Part shown: positions 11,809-26,003 of the stretch, piece after piece
How the letters are laid out: each line of letters begins with the position of its first letter
Position numbering within the stretch: position 1 is the first letter of the stretch
From: Podarcis melisellensis
Taxonomy: Eukaryota
Assembly: GCA_964234715.1 (NCBI GenBank)
Contig: OZ174287.1
Length of the DNA: 64,000 nt
Reading direction: 5' to 3' (one strand)
Program-made: the position numbers and the translations under genes
The notes under the pieces: generated by a model
Told to the model about the DNA's origin: nothing
Databases searched by the model: none
What the model saw: the letters and a program-made list of their open reading frames with translations, nothing else

Positions 11809-14558
11809 AAACCATAGCCATATACTTCAGTTTAAAGCTGTTCAACGATCAAAGTTCTGCTCTCCCCCCAAAATTCTGCAGACAATAGTTTTGTGAGAAT
11901 ACAGATAGGTTGTGAGTTCCCTAGCTGAGAGCCAGTGACTATGAAATTAGTTTAAATTTGGGCTCATTCACACAATCTTTGGAGCCTGTAGTAGCAGTGT
12001 TTTTATAGTCAGTGGCTGACTCAACCTCTATGTTCCCTCTGCTTGCTCTCTTAATGCCATTAGCTTACCTGCTGTGATGTCACAGAGATTCTGCAAAAAC
12101 TTTGAATTGGGCAACAAGGTTTTAGAATTTGAAAGCTAAGGTCCACAAGCATCTTTTGCTAAGCTATACTGCTTGAGTACTGCTTAGCTGGCAGAGGTTC
12201 TCCAAGCACACGTTATTGGTATAAATTATATACTACACAGGCACAGGTAAGACACACAAGACATTTGCCACTTAGGGAATGTGGTAAGGTCACACAAACA
12301 ATATCGCTAAGTGAGTATCTGGTTTGGCCTGGAAGAGCCTAATCAAGGCCCAGCTCTATTGCTGAATATGGTGTAGGACCTTTGCAAAGTTCCAAACTCT
12401 CAGCCTTATTCTCCATGTTTGTAAATTGGGAAAAAGGAGAGCAACTTACATACACGCATCATTTTTATTTGTATAATTAAAATCGTGCTAAAGGTGGCTT
12501 ACAACATAAAAAAATACATAATAACAAATGTAACAAAAGTAATCATAAACAATAGACAAAATACCATAAGGACAAAACCAAACTGCTACATAAATCATAA
12601 GTTCTAAAATAAAGCTACAAAAAATTACAATAACAGCAAACAAAAAACAAAACACATGTCAACAAAACAACAGAAACAATACTCCAGCCCAACACCTTGC
12701 AATTAATTGCTTTTAGCACCCATATTACAGACAGGGCTGACAAGAGTAATATATGGTCTGAATATACACAATGCTCCCACCTAGTTGAATCTGGGCCTGG
12801 TCAATGCCTTGGAACCACATGTAAGCTGCTTTGATGGCAGAAATACAGCAAATAAAGACAAAAAACACAACACCCCTGCAGTGTAGTTCACTACTATAAC
12901 CCTGCTGAACGTTAGAAGACTATGTTGAAATATAGTAGCCTTTATAAGCCCTGCAATGTGATTTTTCGGGCTAGAGGAGGGGTTACTTCAATTGCACCCT
13001 CAAATATCCTCCCCAGCAACCCAGCAGTCAGTTACATGGAAACTTCATAGACTTGCATACAAATTGCACCTGGGCATATTTCCAAAAAAGGTACCTCAAG
13101 TAAGACTCCAAGTTAGAGCAGGAATGCTATCTCGTATACTATTATTTTGCAAATCCCTCAGCTTCCGGGTGTGTTAACATACACACATCAGGGATACGCC
13201 ACAACATTTTGTTGCAGGGCCCTGCTGGTATGATTGCTACTCTGTCAAAGCCCCGTTATGTATAAACAGGTTGTTCCATTTAAAAGCTGCCCGCTTTTAA
13301 AACGATTTAACTCTGACACTGATAATAAGCAAATAAATACACAACAATATTTGTAACCGTGCGACCTGAATCTTGCAGGAGGCTGGCAGCTTATGAGATT
13401 GGTACAGTTGGCAAGCCCCTCTGGCTTAGTGGTGAGTGACTCCGTGACCCCGAGTTGGGCAGCAGGAGTTAATTCCTCCCTCGTGCAAAAACGGATGTTT
13501 CGAGTGAGGGAGGATTTCATCCACCTCTGGCAAACGCTCCCACCTGGGCTTAAAAGTCTGGCAGGCACAGGAGGAAGCTGGTGAAGGAATGAAGCAACCA
13601 CTGTGTGCATGCATGCACGTACACACACACACACACACAACCCTTCCCACCCCACGCCATCTGCCCGTTCCCAAATCGGAGCAAGGTGAGCACTCCAAGG
13701 GGCTTCCCCCCCCATCAGCTTTGATCCCAGGGCAGCCCGAGGGTGCAAGAGGAGTGGAATAGATCCGGCTGTGGTCTGCTGTTCCTGGCTGCTTGCCACT
13801 TGGTGCCAACACGTTTCCAGGCTCAAAGCCAGTTCCTTTTGGACTCATACACCACCACCCCCTTCCCCAAATTGCCATGGAAACCATCCCCACAGCGAGG
13901 CCTATCCAGATTCCCTTCCTCATCCACCCTTTCGAAAGGTTCTCTCTCCTCCACCCCACCCCCGCATGAGAGGCCTTCCCTCAGCGGAGGACCCCCTTGA
14001 CAAGTCGCTGGGAAGCTCCAGGGCCAGACCTAAGCTGAGAAGAATAGGATAAGGGGGCTGCTGTTTGTCGAGCCTGCCAGCCCCACGCCTTGGCAGGCCA
14101 GCCCTGGCGCACAATAGGGCATTGAGAAGTCTTTTCGCTCGCTCTCCTGCGCACACACACACCCCTTCATAGCGCTTGGCATCAGATCTTTTGTTCTCTT
14201 CACTGGGAAAAGTCGCCTTACCCAGAGCCCTGGCTCGGTGACCAGCCAAAGCCTCACACGGGTGGGAGGTGGGAGGAAGTCAGGAACGGAGGATCTTTGC
14301 AAGGGCAGCTGCTAACTGTTCCCTCCGTTGAGAGCCAGCCCTTGCCTTGCTGTGCCTGTTGAGAGGGGTTCAAAAGAAGAAGCTCAACAGGTGAAGTTTT
14401 CCTCAAGAATACACCTGTTGAATTGCTACCTCTTAAGGGCTTGGCTGTTCAAGGCACAGAGAGATTTGCCTCCTCACACACACACCCCCCCCCCAAAGCA
14501 TTACTCCTCAAAGAGATCTTTCCCGTGCCCAGCAAAAACAGAGGATCTCATAAGGATG

Positions 14559-14694
14559 CAGGCATAGGCAAACTCGGCCCTCCGGATGTTTTGGGACTGT
14601 ATTTCCCATCATCCCTGACCACTGGTCCTATTAGCTAGGGATCATGGGAGTTGTAGTCCCAAAACATCTGGAGGGCCAAGTTTGCCTATGCCTG
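14559..14694. mobile_element. Palindromic hAT-type MITE
   Basis: caggcataggcaaact...agtttgcctatgcctg inverted arms; same family as 10701-10836 in the opposite orientation; no clear TSD. Confidence 0.88.
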
Positions 14695-15599
14695 GGTTAG
14701 GGGAAAGGCCTCCACATTACCTGCACTGCATAAGGCAAGACTCTCTAAGTGCTTGTGCACTCTGTTAAATATTTGGATCTAGAATATCCCTTGGGGCACT
14801 CTGCTTCTTCAACATACTTTCACTCAAGGAAGCATGTCTGTTGTGGACGGAACACCAAGAGAGCAAGAATTATGTGTAAATAAGCACATTCCTGTACTCT
14901 GTGTTAGAGTACAGCTACCACTTGCCGGGTCTATGCTTCCAGTTATTAATAAGGATTAGAATTCACCTATGCAGGAGTTAATTGCCAAAGTTTGAAAAAG
15001 CTGCTTTCTATCCCTCTTTCACTATTAAAGAGTGCTTAAAAGGTATTCAGGAGTGGTTCATTGGGACGGGATCTTAAAATCACTTGACACGGAGTCCTGG
15101 CTCCCAGACAGTTTCACTCTTCAAATAATTAACGGGCATCTTGTAAATGCTTGTTGAGAACAGGGCACATGAGCTGCTGCATCTTATTCCCACCCCCTGG
15201 CAAAAGCTCCTCTTTCCCTCGCGATTGTTAAAAGCGTAGGAGCGCTGCTTTCCTTTGCGTCGGACTCGCCCAGGCTTAAATGGAGCTCAGGAGTGCCAAG
15301 TCAAAGACCTCGACCCTCCGCTGGGAATAGGGAGAAATTAAACTTAGTTCACATTTAAAGGAGGACCTCCTACCTCATTCTCTCTCCTCCCCAAAGAACG
15401 CATGAACACAAGAACAGCCATACACTTCTCCAAGTTTTGCAGTGCCGGCTAATAATATATACCAAAGAGGCATAGACCAGCTAGGACGAAGCGTGCATAA
15501 AAATGAATAGATCGGTGAAAACAACATATCAAAAATGCATTCGATTGGGGAAAACTGCTCTGCAATAATTGGCAAAATTGCACCCCAACATAATAACAA

Positions 15600-15657
15600 C
15601 AATCATAATTTTATTATTTATACCCCTCCCATCTGGCTGGGTTTCCCCAGCCACTCT
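15600..15657 (-). mobile_element. L2 LINE extreme 3' fragment
   Basis: tttatacccctcccatctggctgggtttccccagccactctg is the reverse complement of the 3' end of the LINE at 19781-20962. Confidence 0.75.
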
Positions 15658-18600
15658 GTGTATATTAAGAAATGATTATATTAGGGTAAAAATTCATAGT
15701 AAAATGCTAGTGAATTTTCATGAGGAATTAAAAAAACAACCAACCTGATGTGGGAATGTGGGAGCACTGAACTTAAAGATTGCAAAAATGAAATACTGCC
15801 AGAAATCGAAATTGGCACATTTGCCCATCGCTGCCCTTCATTTCCTTCACTAAACCTTGTAGGCTAATGGACCTCAGTTATTTACTTATTTCATAAAATT
15901 TATACACCGCTTGGCTGTAAAAAGAGTCAAAGTGGTTTACAAAAGATAAAAGAGTAAAATCAAGAAAAATGGACAACATGCCCATTAATTTCAATGGGTC
16001 TCTTCTGATTATGCCTCACACTGAAATACAACCCAATGGGGCTTGATAGAAGGAGGATTTCCCACCCTTGCGATAGGTTCATACTTTCCAGCCTGCAGAT
16101 GCTAAAATAATAAGCCCGTTATTTAATCTGGAACAATTTACTGTCACCTGTTGCCATATTCAAACCACGCACCCCTGTGTGGATATACGACCCTCACTTT
16201 ATAGGAACACAGTGGAAGGGTTGGGGAAGAATACACCCACAGCAAAGTGATTAAGAGGAGCTGAAATCTAATCCATGTCCAGTATCTTGGTGTTACACTG
16301 TGTACCCCTTGGCTGCCAAACCACCCACCATGATGCATAGCTAAGCCCAACGTTACCAATCCAAGCCTGGAAGAGAGCCCTGGAGTCCGCACACACACAA
16401 AAACACCTGCACTACCCACTAGGTAACACTCTCCCATCCCAGGGAACTCAAGGGATGAATTTCCCATCTTTCCTTCTGTTGATCCCACTTCCTCCTGTTT
16501 CATCCAAGTGCCCAGGGGAGTTTCAAGCATCTCACTGCCTCCCACTCTTCCTCCAATAAAAATGCCCCTTTTTATGCCTTGGGAACAGATGGGCTCATGT
16601 AGACCAGAGGAGGGATTAGCTCTGCCCATTGCCCCGCGTGGGGGGTTATGTGTGTTTGGGGCCCCATTTTAAAGGGCTGGTGTCTCCCACGCCCCATGCC
16701 TGCTCTGGTGTCTCTTTAAATCAATCCTTGTTTGCCTCACATGCTCTGCCAAGTGTCCTATTTTTAGAGACGCTCCTTGTCTCCGATCCGACCCCCCTCG
16801 ACTTGTTTTGCAGCTTCCCCTGCCAGCCTCTCTGAGCCTGAGCCAAGGGGGTGGGAGAGGCCAGTGCCAACCGCATTACCCACCTTAACGCTGCCCCCTC
16901 CGTCTCCATGTCTCTGCATCCCACCCTCCACGTGTCCCTGCCACACTGGCCAACTGCCAGGAAGTCCACCTTGAGGGCTGGGTCTATTGCACACACAGCC
17001 CGTTCCCCAGATAGCCCTTGGCTGCTCCCTCTTTTCCAAATGTAGCCCAAGCCACTCACTCTTTACTAAGGACTGCTTGCACGCCCCGCTTCCTTTCAAA
17101 TCCGCCAGGGAGGAGGTTCCACCACAAACCATGTATTGTTGTGTGTCCTGTAGAAACCAGAGGCCTTCTCTTTTCTTCGGGTGCTCCCCTTTGGAGCTAA
17201 AGAGCAAGAGGAGGAGGAGGAGAGAAAAGAGCAGAGTCCAGCTGAGGCGGGCTTCTGTTGCATTGCAGGCCAGGAACAAAATGTCCCAGAAGCGAGTCCA
17301 AGAAGAAGAGAAAAAAGTGGGGTGGAAGGGTGCGAGGAAGAGAGAAAGAAGAGCGAGGAATTCTCTCCAAAGTCTAGGTTGGTGTTTCCGAGAAGAGACA
17401 CGAAGGTCCAGATTCCAACTCCAAAATCAGATGTTGACAATGAGAAGCAGGGCCGCCCCTACTACTAGGCTTATCGGACACATGGCCAAGGATTTATTCC
17501 CCACTGGCTGGGTGATGCCATTTGGGTTTTCTAACTCAAGTGCCAAAATATCTAGATGGCCTCTAGTCCAGCGTTCAAATTACAGAAGGGATGGAGGGGT
17601 ATTTTTGTGGTAGTCCCCTTAGTAACACTTCTGTAAAACTATGGGAGTGCTTGATTCAGATAAAATTAAAGGGAAATCAAAGGGTGGGCCTTGTGGATTT
17701 CATCAAGTCCAACCTCCCCACCACCAATAATTCCAGCCCTGCTCCCATTGCTAGGGGTGTTCATTTGCAAACCAACTTTTGTTTAAGTGCTTGACATGTT
17801 TTATATTGTTTTTTAGGTCTTATCTCATCCTGTGGTATTTTATATGAATGTGTCATTTACAAATATTCAAATAAATAAAAATAAACATCCACTTCCTTCA
17901 GAAAAAAAAATCCAAATATTGTGTGCGTTCACACCTCTCAGAATCATTCAGTGATGGACCGGGAGACATGAGGGTCACCTGCGTTTATACTTTGTTACTG
18001 AGTGAGCACTGAGAAACCAGTCGTGGCAACTCAGCAGCACAGTGCTGATTGTGTGAACTGCCTACACTGAAAAGTGTTTGGTTCAAAGAGTGTCTGGTGT
18101 AGGCAACCTCTTTCTGTAATGGAGAGACGATGAAGGCTTATTAATGAGGAATTTTTACATTGACTACTTCAGCTCATAGCGACTTACGGTGAAGAAAAAT
18201 CCTCCTTAAAAATTATAGCACAAAATAAAACTTCAGAAGAATGATAATAAGCACAAACTCCCTGGCTTAACAACCAAGTTCCAACCCACCATAGCTTACT
18301 GGCTCAGTGTAGTAATTCACAGACTGTGTGCCATGAAACAACTGCCACAGTGATAATTATTAAATCATGAGGGACTTTTTATGAGCCTAAAACACCCATT
18401 CACAGGGGAGGCTGCCCACTGTCTCTCTGTATGATTTACTGCTCTGGCCTTGCCTTCTTTAAATCAGCTTCTCATGGAAAGGAGTCAGGGCTGGAACAAT
18501 AAATTCTGCTGCACCTCTGCATCAGAAGGTGTACTCCCTTGTGGACAGATGCAACAAAATTAGAGGAAGCTGCCTGGTGTGTCTCTGTGTAACACAGTGC

Positions 18601-19780
18601 TCTGAGCCTTCCAATCAGAAAACTTGCTCATAAAAGGGACTGATACAGAATCACAGGGGTGCTCTCTGCTACGAGTAGTTCACTCTCCCTCTTAAAAACC
18701 AAACTTTTCTCAGGTACAATAGTGGAATGTGCTTATTTCAATTCAGGTAGAAAAGTGTTCTCCTCAGCTCTCAAGAAATTGCTGGCTTGCTAAAAAGCCT
18801 GCTGAAAGGTATAAAGCCTTACATTGTTTTCTGAGGAACAACAGTGAAGAGTATTTGCTCACCTCAGGAGGAGGTGAATTCCAGGAGGCCACTACTGTGA
18901 TGTTCCAGTCCTCACTTCTTTCAGCCATGGGGCCTTCTGTTTGGTGGAGATATGGGCAAGAGAAAAAGAATGGGACCACATCCCAGGTGTTTTCATACCA
19001 GATACTGCATCCCTCAAGTGTAAAACAGCTCTTTGTGAACTTGCCCACTGCCAGATATATCTATATCCGTATTTGTGTGTTTCTAGATGCTTTGGTGCCA
19101 GAAGCAGGAAGCCCCCAAGATGGTAAAAATCTAAACTAAATAACTAACAATTCCCTGCCCTTTTATGGTACCCAGAACTCTGCTGCTAAAGTCAGGCTGT
19201 CTTGTCCCGGTGTCTGGTGTCCTCTGAGGCTGAGATCTGCATTGTTCCATAAACCTGACTGAAAGGAATATGAGGCTGAATCATTTGAATTCTAAACTTT
19301 TAAATACATAATTTGCACCGTGACGCCACTGCTACCAATCCTCAGAATGCTTCAAATGGGCTTTTAATATGGTTGCTTCATTGGACTTTTGTTCATGTCA
19401 TCTTGATCTCTTTTTTGTGGTAATAAACCTTGCAAATAAAAAAAGAATGAAAAAATGAGGTATACGTTTGTTTTGTCTCGCTTTAAAAAGAATTCGCTAC
19501 AGACGATACACTCTTTGTGCTAAGTTCCCAATGCGAGTGACGCTGAGGCTCCACAGCTGCCCTCAAAAACCGACTGCCTGAAATCTCAGATATGTGGCAG
19601 TAGGGGTGAAGAGGGAGCTGATCCTAGTTACTCACTAGTGAAGGGAAAGCATTTTTCGCATGCTCAGGGATAATGCATATACCTATGAAATCATGTAGGC
19701 CAGGCCTGATGCCATGCTACAGTCAAGATGTGGCATGATTTGGGGCTAAACTCCACTGGACTTTAAATGTGTCTTTGCAA

Positions 19781-20962
19781 CAGCAGCCTTTGACACCATC
19801 GACCATAACATCCTTCTGGACTGTCTTGAGGGGCTGGGAGCTGGGGGCACTGTTATACAGTGGTTCCGCTCTTTTCTCCTGGGCCATGTCCAGAAAGTGG
19901 TGTTGGGGGATGAGTGTTCAGACCCCTGGGCTCTCACTTGTGGGGTGCCTCAGGGCTCCATCCTCTCCCCCATGCTTTTTAACATCTACATGAAGCCACT
20001 GGGAGAGATCATCAGGGGGTATGGGCTGGGTGTTCATCAAAATGCAAATGATACCCAGCTCTACCTCTCTTTCAAATCAGAACCAGTGAAGGCGATGAAG
20101 GTCCTGTTTGAGTGCCTGGAGGCAGCTGCAGGATGGATGGCGGATAACGGATTGAAGTTTAATCCTGACAAGACAGAAGTACTGTTTTGGGGGGATGGGG
20201 CAGGGGGGGGGACTCCCTGGTCCTGAATGGAGCAACTGTTCCCCTGAAGGATCAGGTGTGCAGCCTGGGAGTCATTTTGGACTCACAGCTGTCCATGGAG
20301 GAGCAGGTCAATTCTCAATTCTGTGTCCAGGGCAGCTGTCTACCAGCTCCATCTGGTACACAGGCTGAGACCCTACCTGCCCACGGACTGTCTCACCAGA
20401 GTGGTGCATGCTCCAGTTATCTCCTGCTTGGACTACTGCAACATGCTCTACATGGGGCTACCTTTGAAGGTGATCCGGAAACTACAACTAATCCAGAATG
20501 CGGCAGCCAGACTGGTGACTGGGAGCAGCTACCAAGACCAAGATCTTGAAAGATGTACATTGGCTCCCAGCACGTTTCTGAGCACAATTCAAATGTTGGT
20601 GCTGACCTTTAAAGCCCTAAACGGCCTTGGCCCAGTATACTTGAAGGAGCATCTCCACCCACATCGTTCAGCCTGGACACTGAGGTCTAGCACTGAGGGC
20701 CTTCTGCCGGTTCCCTCACTGCGAGAAGCCAAGTTACAGTGAACCAGGCAGAGGGCCTTCTCGGTAGTGGCACCCACCCTGTGGAACAACGTCCCATCAG
20801 ATGTCAAAGAAATAAACAACTATCTGACGCTTAGAAGACATCTGAAGGCAGCCCTGTTTAGGGAAGTTTTTAATGATTGATGTTTTAATGTATTTTTAAT
20901 CTCTTGTTGGAAGCTGCCCAGAGTGGCTGGGGAAACCCAACCAGATGGGTGGGGTATAAATA
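19781..20962 (+). mobile_element. 5'-truncated, decayed L2-clade LINE (reverse transcriptase C-terminal half plus 3' UTR)
   Basis: Motifs AFDTIDH, GVPQGSILSPMLFNIYM, HQNANDTQLY (YADD destroyed), NPDKTEVL, LDYCN..Y.GLP and QNAAARLVTG across frameshifted ORFs; the simple-repeat tail resumes at 21196-21234 after a MITE. Confidence 0.92.
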
Positions 20963-21193
20963 CAGTGGTACCTCTGGTTACGAACTTAATTCGTTCCGGA
21001 GGTCCGTTCTTAACCTGAAACCATTCTTTACCTGAGGTACCACTTTAGCTAATGGGGCCTCCCGCTGCCGCCACGCAATTTCTGTTCTCATTCTGAGGTA
21101 AAATTCTTAACTCAATGTACTACTTCCGGGTTAGCGGAGTCTGTAACCTGAAGTGTTTGTAACCCAAGGTGTTTGTAACCCGAGGTACCACTG
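20963..21193 (+). mobile_element. Tc1/mariner-pogo MITE inserted in the L2 tail
   Basis: cagtggtacctc...gaggtaccactg TIRs with TA duplication. Confidence 0.93.
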
Positions 21194-22167
21194 TAAAAAA
21201 TTGTTGTTGTTGTTGTTGTTATTATTATTATTATGCCTTTAAGGTTTGTTTAAAAGGCAAATTGTATCAGCTCTGTGCACATGAGAATTACCTGGATCAG
21301 AGCAGGCATACGAGAAAGCAAATTTGACACTTTCCTTCCCTGCTAACACAACCCTGAAGAAAACCCATCCTCTGAAGGATCACCAAGGGTGCTTCGAGAC
21401 AAGCTGTGTATTGAGAATTCACCCTGATATGTTTGCAGGGAGATTAGATGACATGTTGGCTATTCATCCTTTATGTGGAGAGAGTGGCTGACATTCTGTC
21501 AAAACAAGTGCGATCTCACACCCTTTTTTTGTCATTTTCCTTATTGCAAAGAAGCCTGATCTATGGGGGAAGTGACTTGGTTGTGCAGGAGTCCCAAATA
21601 AACTGTAATAGCACAACCTGAATTTGCCAGTGTAGGATGGAATCCCGCCCGAAAACAGCGACTAACTGGAAGCGCCCCAAAGCAAATATCAATGAATTGG
21701 AGGATTTGCCCCACTAATATCACCAAGAGGGGCTTCCAGTCACTATTTTCAAATGGTATCCCATCACATCCCAGCAAGCTGCCCAATTCTAGCTGATTTG
21801 GGGCTCTTGTGAAACAAACTCATTTCTCCCAAACAACTGACTTTTTTTGCAGAACAGAAGGGAAAATGCCCTGGAAAGTGTGATGCAACACTTTGCTTGA
21901 TGATGCAAGGCTGCCTAATCTCTCCTAAAACAAATCAGGATGAAGGCTCATTAAAGAGGTTGTCTGGAAGCGACCCAAAGCAAGTATCAACTTTGGAAGA
22001 GGGGTGTTGCTTTAGACCACAGCAGGGGAGCCACTGGGTTCGGACACTGGAAGGAAGGGGAGAGAGAACTGGGGGGTTGGCACCCTCTGTCTTCTGAAGG
22101 TGTTAAAGGGTTAAAGGCCCTCCTCCATGCCTGTTCTGATTCCATTAATCTGAGTCGCTCTCCAGCT

Positions 22168-22846
22168 NNNNNNNNNNNNNNNNNNNNNNNNNNNNNNNNN
22201 NNNNNNNNNNNNNNNNNNNNNNNNNNNNNNNNNNNNNNNNNNNNNNNNNNNNNNNNNNNNNNNNNNNNNNNNNNNNNNNNNNNNNNNNNNNNNNNNNNNN
22301 NNNNNNNNNNNNNNNNNNNNNNNNNNNNNNNNNNNNNNNNNNNNNNNNNNNNNNNNNNNNNNNNNNNNNNNNNNNNNNNNNNNNNNNNNNNNNNNNNNNN
22401 NNNNNNNNNNNNNNNNNNNNNNNNNNNNNNNNNNNNNNNNNNNNNNNNNNNNNNNNNNNNNNNNNNNNNNNNNNNNNNNNNNNNNNNNNNNNNNNNNNNN
22501 NNNNNNNNNNNNNNNNNNNNNNNNNNNNNNNNNNNNNNNNNNNNNNNNNNNNNNNNNNNNNNNNNNNNNNNNNNNNNNNNNNNNNNNNNNNNNNNNNNNN
22601 NNNNNNNNNNNNNNNNNNNNNNNNNNNNNNNNNNNNNNNNNNNNNNNNNNNNNNNNNNNNNNNNNNNNNNNNNNNNNNNNNNNNNNNNNNNNNNNNNNNN
22701 NNNNNNNNNNNNNNNNNNNNNNNNNNNNNNNNNNNNNNNNNNNNNNNNNNNNNNNNNNNNNNNNNNNNNNNNNNNNNNNNNNNNNNNNNNNNNNNNNNNN
22801 NNNNNNNNNNNNNNNNNNNNNNNNNNNNNNNNNNNNNNNNNNNNNN
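22168..22846. other. Assembly gap (679 N)
   Basis: Run of N. Confidence 1.
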
Positions 22847-22912
22847 CTGTATTTTGGATGCCCTGATGCGTTTAACTTCACATTGGAGTCACATCCATAC
22901 ATTGGAGTCACA

Positions 22913-23050
22913 TCATTTAAAGCAAATGGCTTCTCCAAAAAAAACCCCTGAGAACTGTAGTTTACCCCTCACAGAGCTACAATATCCAGCACCCTTAACA
23001 AAGCCCAGTTCACAAGATTCTTTGGAGAAAGTCATGGGCTTTAAATGTCT
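22913..23050. mobile_element. Palindromic interspersed repeat (gaactgtagtttaccc...cagcacccttaacaaa family)
   Basis: Homologous copies at about 30600-30730, 55845-55985 and, inverted, 57045-57175; ends approximate. Confidence 0.65.
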
Positions 23051-23265
23051 GCTGTGGCTACAGTGTGGACCTCAATTCATATTTCAGCTCCACATTGATA
23101 GCAAGTTGGGGTGGTATGGGTTAGGGGCTCAATACCAACAGTCAACCAATGCCATTCTTAGGTTGCTAAGCAAAGTATTTCAGCAGGGAAAAGGAAAAGT
23201 TTGTAAAGGGTGCTGGATGTCGGGTTGCACCAACACCAGAGAGTTAGTAGCAGCTATGTATAGCA

Positions 23266-23267
<2 letters not shown>

Positions 23268-23324
<57 letters not shown>

Positions 23325-23342
23325 ATGTGTGTGTGTGTGTGT
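23268..23342. repeat. Compound (CT)n(GT)n microsatellite
   Basis: Seen directly. Confidence 0.97.
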
Positions 23343-24201
23343 CTTGTGATCCTTCACTAGGATTAGTCCAGGATGCAAGCAGTACAGGGCCCAACTGGTT
23401 TGACCAGCTAGACTTGCCCAAAGAATGTGCCAGGCAAAACAGTCCCACCCAGCCCTGCCAGAAAAAGCAACATTTAAGTGGGTGGGTTAGGAACAGGACG
23501 CAGCCACTAGCTGTGAACTGAGAAAAGTTAGGAAGCTGGGAGAGAAGCAGCTCTCTGACACTCACGGCTGCGGAAAAGAGGTTATGCTTCGAAATGTAGT
23601 CACACAGAGTTCACTCTGTGGGCTGCTTTACGTGGGCACAAGAGAGGCACAGCGTCTCTCTTATCGTAACAACCGTGCACAGCCGTGCTGTAGTGGCAGC
23701 AACCTACTGGGGTAGTAAAAGATTCCAGCATCCTATTGTTTTCACTGCATTTGCAGGAGTGCAAAAACTGGGGCAGATGTCATCTAGCACCTGATAGATG
23801 ACAATAAAGTGGGGCTCTATTGAGAGCAGTGACACGGATCACTGGGGAGACCCTGGCTATTGGCTTGAGTGTTTTATCCTAGGGCAGGATTGTGGAAAAT
23901 GTGTGTACAAGGCCACATAGCAGTTTTTGTTTTGGTTACACGACACTCAAGGCAGTATGTGCAGTCCTGCCCCCATCTTCTGTCCTTACAATAGTCCTGT
24001 GAGTAAGGTTAAGTTGAAAGACAGTGACTGGCCCATGGCCCACCTGTGAGCTTTGCAAAAGAACAAGGAATTTCCTTCATAATATTTATTTATGGTATTT
24101 ACATCCTGCTACTCAAGGTAGTTGTGTGTGTGTGTGTGCACGCGCGCACACACACACACGGAATACTCAAGGCGGAGACAAATAGAGACAGACAGACACA
24201 T

Positions 24202-24232
<31 letters not shown>

Positions 24233-25228
24233 AGACTAGTTTTGTATAGATAACACATACAAAACTACAGTTCAAAAGCAACCGCAACAAATCCATAGCA
24301 GTAATAAAACAGCACTAAAACAGAGGCTCTAATTTATAAAATAGAACAACCTCAAAAAGAGTCCCACTAAGCATCAAGAAAAGAAGGGTCCAAACAAACC
24401 TCCTTTGGAAAGCCAAAGAAAGGGATGGGTCTCCCCAGAGAACTGCCTCCCTGCCCAGGATATTCTGGGCCTTGGCTTTTCAGTTCTCTCCCTCAATCTC
24501 TGCCTCCTTCCCTAATTTGCAACAGAAAAGAGGAAGGAAAAATACAAGCTAATGTGAATAATTTTAAAAAGAGGGAGACCTTTGCCAGCTGATGTGGAAA
24601 ATAAGAATATCCCATCAATTTAAACGTATACATTAATATAAGCAGTCCAAACAGGGGCCTAAATGAAACTGGGGTGATTGTAAGAAAGGGCGGTGAGATC
24701 TTCAAACCACCGGGTGATAGATGATGGGTGTTCATCCTTCCAGATAGCTGGTCCATCCATCCACTGCTTGGATGCAGCTTTTGCCTGCACTGCAACATTG
24801 TCCCTAAAATGCAGGTCTTTTCCCCACAGAGCTGAATGGAGCTCATAGATTTATGTGGTGCAAAATAAAGGAGACCCTTTGAGATGTGACTCCTTTGAGA
24901 TATGAACTGAACCTACCCCATGCCTTTGGTGACTCCAGACATTAAAAATCAAGGCTGCATTCCAGGTTCTGTGTTTTGAGCATGACTTTTTGCAACCAAA
25001 TGCTGGGAACTATCCGTCCCCGCCCCCCCCCCCCGGTAAGGTTAGTCAATCTGGCTCAGAAACGTGCTTAACCTCAAAATTATTGCAACAGAACTAACCA
25101 AGGTAGATAAGGGGAAAGATACAGGCACCCTGCTACACAGTTGCTCATTTTTTAAAATAAATAAATAAAACAAACCTGCTCCTATCTCCCAGTATTCTGG
25201 CCTGTGAATGTAACTACACTGGTGTAAT

Positions 25229-25578
25229 TAATAATAATAATAATTTATTATTTATTATTTATATCCCGCCCATCTGGCTGGATTTCCCCAGCCACTCTGG
25301 GCGGCTTCCAACTGAAGATTAAAAACAGTACAGCATCAGACATTAAAAACTTCCCTAAAGAGGGCTGCCTTCAGTTGTCTTTTAAAAGTAAAATAGTTGT
25401 TTATTGCCTTGACATCTGCTGGGAGGGCGTTCCACAGGGCAGGTGCCACTACCGAGAAGCCCCTCTGCCTGGTTCCCTGTAACCTTACTTCTCGCAATGA
25501 GGGAACCGCCAGAAGGCCCTCGGAGCTGGATCTCAGCTGAACGATGGGGGTGGAGACGCTCCTTCAGGTATACAGGAC
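25229..25578 (-). mobile_element. L2 LINE 3' fragment
   Basis: Reverse-complement match to about 20630-20960, with a (TAA)/(TTA) tail at its left end. Confidence 0.88.
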
Positions 25579-25619
25579 CTTGGCACTTTTTTTAAAAAAA
25601 AGAGGGGGACCCTCAGTAA

Positions 25620-25782
25620 AATTATTGGTCTATCAAGCTGAACAATTTCTGCACTGACTAGCAAGGGATCTCCAAGATTCCAGACAGGGACATTCCCAGC
25701 CCTAAATGGAAAAGCCGGGGTTGAACCTGAGATCTTCTACATTCATAGCAGATGTTCTACCTCTGAGCTAATATCCTTCTCC
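25620..25782 (-). mobile_element. tRNA-derived SINE (Squam3-like), decayed
   Basis: attggtctatc.agct...cactgact...cccagcccta...ggggttgaacctg...ctacctctgagcta; ends approximate. Confidence 0.6.
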
Positions 25783-26003
25783 ATGAAACAGGAGAGTTTG
25801 CCTGAGAACCCCTTTGCATCTAACAGTAAGCAAAACCATGGTTTATTATTAAAAATAATTTGATTATTTCGTGCAAACAATGCACAGCTTACACCAGTGG
25901 TTTAACTTGGATAAAGGCAGCTTCCTAAATTCCTGTATTTGCTTTCAAAAATTAAAATGTATACTCTCCTGCTTTGAAAGGCTTTCGTCTTCCCAGTTAT
26001 AGA

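Noticed and set aside
16764-17279. Minus-strand 171-aa ORF with a signal-peptide-like Leu run and dibasic sites
   Set aside because: It starts at TTG, with no ATG before the hydrophobic stretch; the Leu run comes from a (CCT)n-rich simple repeat; no recognisable family similarity.
19781-20742. Active reverse transcriptase gene
   Set aside because: 5'-truncated and frameshifted, with the catalytic YADD mutated to NAND.
22111-22938. 275-aa ORF
   Set aside because: Artefact of translating through the N gap.
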